From the IMG/VR virus record IMGVR_UViG_3300008448_000485, positions 1 through 27,727 of that record: a stretch of DNA of 27,727 nt. One strand, 5' to 3'. The position numbers were made by a program, and so were the translations under genes. Under the pieces are notes generated by a model, which worked only from the letters and a program-made list of their open reading frames with translations, searched no databases and had not been told where the DNA came from. This document shows, piece by piece, positions 23,483-27,727 of this stretch (the stretch's first letter is position 1; every line of letters starts with the position of its first letter). The DNA is from a virus. Its lineage: Duplodnaviria; Caudoviricetes.

Positions 23483-25402
23483 ATGCTTGACCAGTCATTT
23501 GTAGATTCGTATTCCCTAAAATCAGCCCCATGGGGCTTTAACGGCCTTGGCGAGATTGTTTTCCTGCGTACCTACAGTCGCAAAAAGGAAAACGGAGACA
23601 CCGAACTTTGGCATGAAACCCTGCAGCGCGTAATCAATGGCGCAATTGAAATTGGCGCTCAGTTAACCGATGAAGAAGCACAAAAACTATTTGACCATTG
23701 CTTTAACTTGCGGGCATCTTTTTCTGGTCGCTCACTCTGGCAACTTGGAACTCCGCTTGTAAAGAAACTCAACGGAACTTCCCTAAACAACTGCTACTTC
23801 ACGAACATTGAAAAGATTGAAGACTTTGAACTCCTGTTTGAGTACCTGATGCTCGGCGGTGGAGTTGGTTTCTCGGTAGAGCGTTCAAAAATCCATGATT
23901 TGCCAAAGGTTAAAACTGGAGTGACAATTACCCACGAGCGTTCAAATGATGCCGACATAATTGTTCCAGATTCGCGACAGGGATGGAAGCGCCTGCTGCA
24001 TGCCGTACTGAAGTCGTACTTCCATACTGGGAAATCTTTCTCCTACTCAACAATTTTGATTCGCGAATACGGTGCACCATTGAATACATTCGGTGGTACG
24101 GCTTCTGGCCCTGGTGCATTGATTGACGGAATTAAAGATATTTGCGGAGTGATGGATAATCGCGTTGGAAAGAAACTGCGCTCAATTGATGTTCTTGATA
24201 TTTGCAACATCATCGGCCGAATCGTCGTATCTGGTTCTTCGCGTCGTTCTGCGCAAATCGCAATGGGCGACCCAGATGATGTTCTTTTCCTTCGCGCAAA
24301 GAACTGGGGTTCTGGAAATGTTCCAGCATGGCGAGCGAACTCCAACAACAGCATCTATGCCGACTACTACGAAGAGATTCAACCAGAACTCTGGAAGGGC
24401 TACGACGGAACTGGTGAGCCTTACGGCTTACTGAATCGTCGCCTCGCTCGTCGTTATGGACGCGCTGGAGAAGTGAATGTTGACAACTCTATTGAGGGAT
24501 TCAATCCGTGTGCAGAAATCGCTCTTGCTGATGGAGAGTCGTGCAACTTGGCAACACTGTTTTTGCCAAACATTGAGTCTTACGAGCAGTTTGTTGAAAT
24601 CTCAACACTTCTCTACAAGGTCCAAAAGCAAATCACCCGCATGGAATATCCATACGAAAAGACGACTTCAATTGTGCACAAGAATGCTCGCCTTGGACAG
24701 TCTGTAACTGGAATCCTGCAGTGTGACCCACAGAAACTTGAATGGCTCAGCCCTGGATATGTCGCGCTAAAAGAGTTTGACAAAAACTTCTCTGCTGCGA
24801 ACAGCATTCCAGTATCTGTCCGCTTAACAACGGTTCAGCCATCTGGAACATTGTCGCTACTCCCAGGAGTGACACCAGGAATCCACCCAGCGTACGCTCG
24901 CTTCTATACTCGCCGAGTTCGCTTTGGCTCGTCTGACCCGCTTGTAGACGCTTGTCGCAAGCGTGGGTACAAAGTTCAGTGGGATATGGGCCTTGACGGC
25001 AGAGAGGACCACACGCGCTATGTCGTTGACTTCCCATGTGAGTCGCCAGAGGGCTCAGTCCTTGCAGCCAGCATGACCGCCATTGAGCAACTTGAGTGGG
25101 TGAAGAAGATGCAAACCGAATGGGCAGATAACGCCGTTTCGGTCACTGTCTACTACCGCAAGGAAGAACTTCCAGCGATTCAAGATTGGCTTTCAAAGAA
25201 CTACGACAAGAGCGTCAAGTCCGTGTCGTTCCTATTGCATAGCGACCACAACTTCGTGCTTCCTCCATACGAGGAAATCACAGAGGCGGAATACCGTAAG
25301 GCAATTGCAAAGATTGACACATCAATTCCACTTGTACAGCGCTCATTTGACGGCTTGATTGAGATGGACGATTGTGCAACTGGAGCATGCCCGATAAAGT
25401 AG
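23483..25402 (+). CDS. nrdJ: Class II (adenosylcobalamin-dependent) ribonucleotide reductase
   Basis: RTYSR, LNNC, LMLGGGVGFS, RRSAQI, NPCAE, CNL, VQPSGT, C-terminal CATGACPIK; no small subunit nearby. Confidence 0.93.
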   Translation: MLDQSFVDSYSLKSAPWGFNGLGEIVFLRTYSRKKENGDTELWHETLQRVINGAIEIGAQLTDEEAQKLFDHCFNLRASFSGRSLWQLGTPLVKKLNGTSLNNCYFTNIEKIEDFELLFEYLMLGGGVGFSVERSKIHDLPKVKTGVTITHERSNDADIIVPDSRQGWKRLLHAVLKSYFHTGKSFSYSTILIREYGAPLNTFGGTASGPGALIDGIKDICGVMDNRVGKKLRSIDVLDICNIIGRIVVSGSSRRSAQIAMGDPDDVLFLRAKNWGSGNVPAWRANSNNSIYADYYEEIQPELWKGYDGTGEPYGLLNRRLARRYGRAGEVNVDNSIEGFNPCAEIALADGESCNLATLFLPNIESYEQFVEISTLLYKVQKQITRMEYPYEKTTSIVHKNARLGQSVTGILQCDPQKLEWLSPGYVALKEFDKNFSAANSIPVSVRLTTVQPSGTLSLLPGVTPGIHPAYARFYTRRVRFGSSDPLVDACRKRGYKVQWDMGLDGREDHTRYVVDFPCESPEGSVLAASMTAIEQLEWVKKMQTEWADNAVSVTVYYRKEELPAIQDWLSKNYDKSVKSVSFLLHSDHNFVLPPYEEITEAEYRKAIAKIDTSIPLVQRSFDGLIEMDDCATGACPIK

Positions 25403-25406
25403 TCGC

Positions 25407-25688
25407 ATGACGAAAAAACTTATTGACCTATATCCAGTCGTAATACGACAAGCGCGGTATGGGGGCATATACGAGGGCGCAGGGTGGATTGCATTCCCTG
25501 AATGCGACGAATTCACAGAAGCAATGAATGATTACTTCTATGGCGACGACTGCGATGCGGTTGACCTGTTTACTGACGAGTACAAGAAGACGGTTGGTCT
25601 TGGGATAAGTCCAGACCATGCGTATGCGGACTTGTGTTATAAGAACGGCATACCGATAGACCTTCTTGAGGACTGGTATCCGCTATAG
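25407..25688 (+). CDS. Hypothetical protein
   Basis: 93 aa right after nrdJ; YPVVIRQARYGGIYEGAGWIAF. Confidence 0.7.
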   Translation: MTKKLIDLYPVVIRQARYGGIYEGAGWIAFPECDEFTEAMNDYFYGDDCDAVDLFTDEYKKTVGLGISPDHAYADLCYKNGIPIDLLEDWYPL

Positions 25689-25764
25689 AGATTGTCTCCA
25701 TCTAATTTAGAGATACTTCAATGAGTTTGTATCTCTGTAAAAGATTGCTGGCATAATTCATGCC

Positions 25765-25911
25765 ATGCTTATTTTTGTTCTTTTCTCATTTGTCGCAATT
25801 ATCTCTCTTCATCTTCTTGTTGTGTCGTCAATTGACGACTACGACAACTACGGGAACAAGCACGCCGCCATGGAGTGGAGCGAGTTTGAGAAGAAGTATT
25901 CTGCGCGCTAG
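25765..25911 (+). CDS. Small single-pass membrane protein, 48 aa (not in ORF track)
   Basis: MLIFVLFSFVAIISLHLLVVSSIDDYDNYGNKHAAMEWSEFEKKYSAR; CATAAT 7 nt upstream; fills gap and converges on ferredoxin stop. Confidence 0.65.
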   Translation: MLIFVLFSFVAIISLHLLVVSSIDDYDNYGNKHAAMEWSEFEKKYSAR

Positions 25912-25915
25912 TCCT

Positions 25916-26161
25916 TCATTGTTCAATAAAAATACATTCGCCAGGGCATTCTTCGGCTGACTCAATAACATCTTCAAGCCTGTCGTCTGCGAAGGAAGCC
26001 ATTCCAGCCGCTCCTTCTGGGTTCCCCACAGCGGCCGCATAAATCTTGTCCCCTTCTTTTACATACGCAAGACCGTCTGGCATCATATGAAAAACATCTG
26101 GGGCTATCTCTGCGCATAGTCCATCTCCAGTGCATAGGTCTTGGTCAATCCAGACTCTCAT
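25916..26161 (-). CDS. Single-cluster ferredoxin (C-x2-D-x2-C...CP)
   Basis: MRVWIDQDLCTGDGLCAEIAPDVF...AEECPGECI; start 26161 via TAATG coupling. Confidence 0.92.
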   Translation of the reverse strand: MRVWIDQDLCTGDGLCAEIAPDVFHMMPDGLAYVKEGDKIYAAAVGNPEGAAGMASFADDRLEDVIESAEECPGECIFIEQ

Positions 26162-26610
26162 TATTTTTCCTTTGTAATTGGTCCACCAGCAACCCATGCT
26201 CGGCATGTTCTTTTTGAAGCACACTTAAAGTCAAATGCCTCACAATATCCAAGTTGACCAGCAGCATCAATTGCTTCCCATTCATCCTGTCTTTCGCCAC
26301 CAGTAACACCATCGTTAATGCAGGATTTCATTTTGGGGGTTTGAATGAATACCGAACAATTTCCACAACGCTGTTTTTTGGCACTTGCTACATCAACATC
26401 CCACTCATCTGCGAGTTTCTGCCAGTAGTCGGCATTTGGTTCGGCTGGATTGAGTGGACCATACATTGCTGTCTTGATTGCTTTGCCACGATTGCGAAGA
26501 TTGACTGCAATATCCTGAGTTGCCTTGGGGCATGAACCGCCCTCTTCGTCAGCCTTTGTTTCAAAACGAAAACCAAGAACCTTGCCAGTGTATTCACCCC
26601 AGGTTGTCAT
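26161..26610 (-). CDS. Cys-rich phage protein with HiPIP-like Cys spacing
   Basis: RCGNCSVF...GYCEAFDFKCASKRTCRAW. Confidence 0.65.
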   Translation of the reverse strand: MTTWGEYTGKVLGFRFETKADEEGGSCPKATQDIAVNLRNRGKAIKTAMYGPLNPAEPNADYWQKLADEWDVDVASAKKQRCGNCSVFIQTPKMKSCINDGVTGGERQDEWEAIDAAGQLGYCEAFDFKCASKRTCRAWVAGGPITKEK

Positions 26611-26900
26611 TATTTCCCTTCAAGATGGTCGGGAATTCCGTTTCCATCTTTATCCTCGTCTGAGTTTCTTCCAGTTGAAATCATAAGACCAGCAAGCGTA
26701 CCAGTAATGAAGGTTGCAACGGAAGAAAGGACGCTAAAGAACATCTTGTCGTTTTCTGCTTGAGCACCTATTGGTTGTGTGACGAATACGAGAGCGTAGA
26801 GGACGCCAACTGTTGTTATACACAAAACTCCAGCGAGTACGCACCCAACAACAAACTTGAGACGAGCATCAAGTTCTGCTGGTGTAAGTCTGTTTTTCAT
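26610..26900 (-). CDS. Two-TM membrane protein
   Basis: MKNRLTPAELDARLKFVVG..., two hydrophobic segments, DKDGNGIPD tail; ATGA coupling at 26900. Confidence 0.75.
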   Translation of the reverse strand: MKNRLTPAELDARLKFVVGCVLAGVLCITTVGVLYALVFVTQPIGAQAENDKMFFSVLSSVATFITGTLAGLMISTGRNSDEDKDGNGIPDHLEGK

Positions 26901-27133
26901 GGCGCCACTGTCTCCTCTACTGGAACCGTTTCTACGGTTGTTTCTGTTGGGTCCCAACCAAGCAGCGTTTTTGTGCAGTTTCCATCTACTTCGCATATTG
27001 GTGGCTCACATTCCTTTGTTCCCCAATTTTCTGGGTCTTGGCATGAGTAACGATACTTTCCGTCATAACCACAGGCTGAAATTGCAATCAGCATGATTGG
27101 AAGAAGTTTGATTAATCGTGTTGACTTGTGCAT
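26897..27133 (-). CDS. Small lipoprotein
   Basis: MHKSTRLIKLLPIMLIAISA-C lipobox; RYSCQDPENWGTKECEPPICEVDGNC. Confidence 0.7.
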   Translation of the reverse strand: MHKSTRLIKLLPIMLIAISACGYDGKYRYSCQDPENWGTKECEPPICEVDGNCTKTLLGWDPTETTVETVPVEETVAP

Positions 27134-27237
27134 GCACTGGCACCCATTAATTCGGCGCAAGGACAATCGCCCACGCACCAAGTTTCACAACTGCAATGTA
27201 CACATTGGCACTCAGACTTTTCGTGGCTACCGAACAT
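27112..27237 (-). CDS. Cys-rich metallothionein-like peptide, 41 aa
   Basis: MFGSHEKSECQCVHCSCETWCVGDCPCAELMGASACTSQHD: 8 Cys, 3 His, three CxC; fills gap between flanking genes. Confidence 0.45.
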   Translation of the reverse strand: MFGSHEKSECQCVHCSCETWCVGDCPCAELMGASACTSQHD

Positions 27238-27496
27238 CAGTCGCCTTTTCTTTTGACGGCTTCCTGTCAACCTTATTGAATACATCGTTGATTTCTGAAG
27301 TGGAAAGTTTTCCATCTTCAAGGAATGCGCGCGAGAGGCCTTCAATCACTACCGCAACCCCTCCAATTCCAGCCATGAAGACAGCCTTCAGTACTGGAAC
27401 ACCAGCGATAGTTCCTGCACCGATAACGCCAAGACCAGATGCGGCGAAAGTAGCAAGAATTCTAAGTGAGACATTGACTAGCAATTCTTTTTTCAT
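27227..27496 (-). CDS. Small membrane protein (holin-like)
   Basis: Two hydrophobic Gly/Ala-rich segments and charged C-terminus; GATAAT 6 nt before ATG 27496. Confidence 0.6.
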   Translation of the reverse strand: MKKELLVNVSLRILATFAASGLGVIGAGTIAGVPVLKAVFMAGIGGVAVVIEGLSRAFLEDGKLSTSEINDVFNKVDRKPSKEKATDVR

Positions 27497-27518
27497 ACAA
27501 CCATTATCCCACAAACAC

Positions 27519-27555
27519 AAAAGCCGCCACCGAAATTAATCGGCAGCGGCTTTTG
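27519..27555 (-). terminator. Intrinsic terminator
   Basis: AAAAGCCGC...GCGGCTTTT inverted repeat just past stop at 27574. Confidence 0.8.
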
Positions 27556-27573
27556 AACCCGAGGAGGATTTAA

Positions 27574-27727
27574 TTAGGCTTGTACGCCACCTGCATGGTC
27601 GCCACGAAGTACAGCAATGTCGTACTCGTTCTGGCCAGTCTGGTCTGCGCTCTGGTCTACAACCAGTGTTACTACAAGGTTTGCACCAGCGGTGCTAGAA
27701 CCAACTGCAGTCACATCAACTTCAACA
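27574..27727 (-). CDS. 3' end of probable virion structural protein (truncated by window edge)
   Basis: ...VEVDVTAVGSSTAGANLVVTLVVDQSADQTGQNEYDIAVLRGDHAGGVQA*; followed by strong terminator; function inferred from pattern only. Confidence 0.55.
   Translation of the reverse strand, partial: VEVDVTAVGSSTAGANLVVTLVVDQSADQTGQNEYDIAVLRGDHAGGVQA

Noticed and set aside
23483-25402. Intein or intron in the ribonucleotide reductase
   Set aside because: 639-aa continuous ORF with motifs at compact spacing; no splice motifs seen
1-27727. Stop-codon reassignment
   Set aside because: Recognisable genes are full length under code 11 and end in TAA, TAG and TGA

Overview
A 27.7-kb segment of a large tailed dsDNA phage that most likely infects an Actinobacterium. 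Support for the host: a WhiB gene, at least nine leaderless genes with a TANNNT box exactly 6 nt before the start, Gram-positive-type LexA boxes and an actinobacterial-type ferredoxin. Left (+ strand): partial LysM gene, secreted Thr-rich protein, Zn-dependent deacetylase (HDAC family), SSB, HTH-WhiB fusion, primase-helicase, TerS-like HTH protein and an RHH protein. Centre (- strand): a 2452-aa multidomain 'polyvalent' protein (zincin peptidase, two degenerate ART-like domains, a duplicated GNAT module, DUF2786- and DUF5872-like ends) whose domains are punctuated by a recurring GLASRR-type motif. Upstream of it lie a near-consensus promoter, an unlisted 54-aa ORF and a cluster of three perfect DnaA boxes interleaved with two LexA boxes; by eye this zone is almost devoid of 4-bp palindromes, suggesting first-entering DNA. 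Right: clavaminate-synthase-like dioxygenase next to a variant SpeD, two PD-(D/E)XK nucleases, DUF6378, lytic transglycosylase, DUF932, HicA-like and Lys/Ala-rich histone-like proteins, a non-canonical D-arm-less tRNA-Ile(UAU), class II ribonucleotide reductase, ferredoxin, Cys-rich and small membrane genes, and the 3' end of a probable structural gene. All family calls come from motif recognition by eye; no searches or counts were run.
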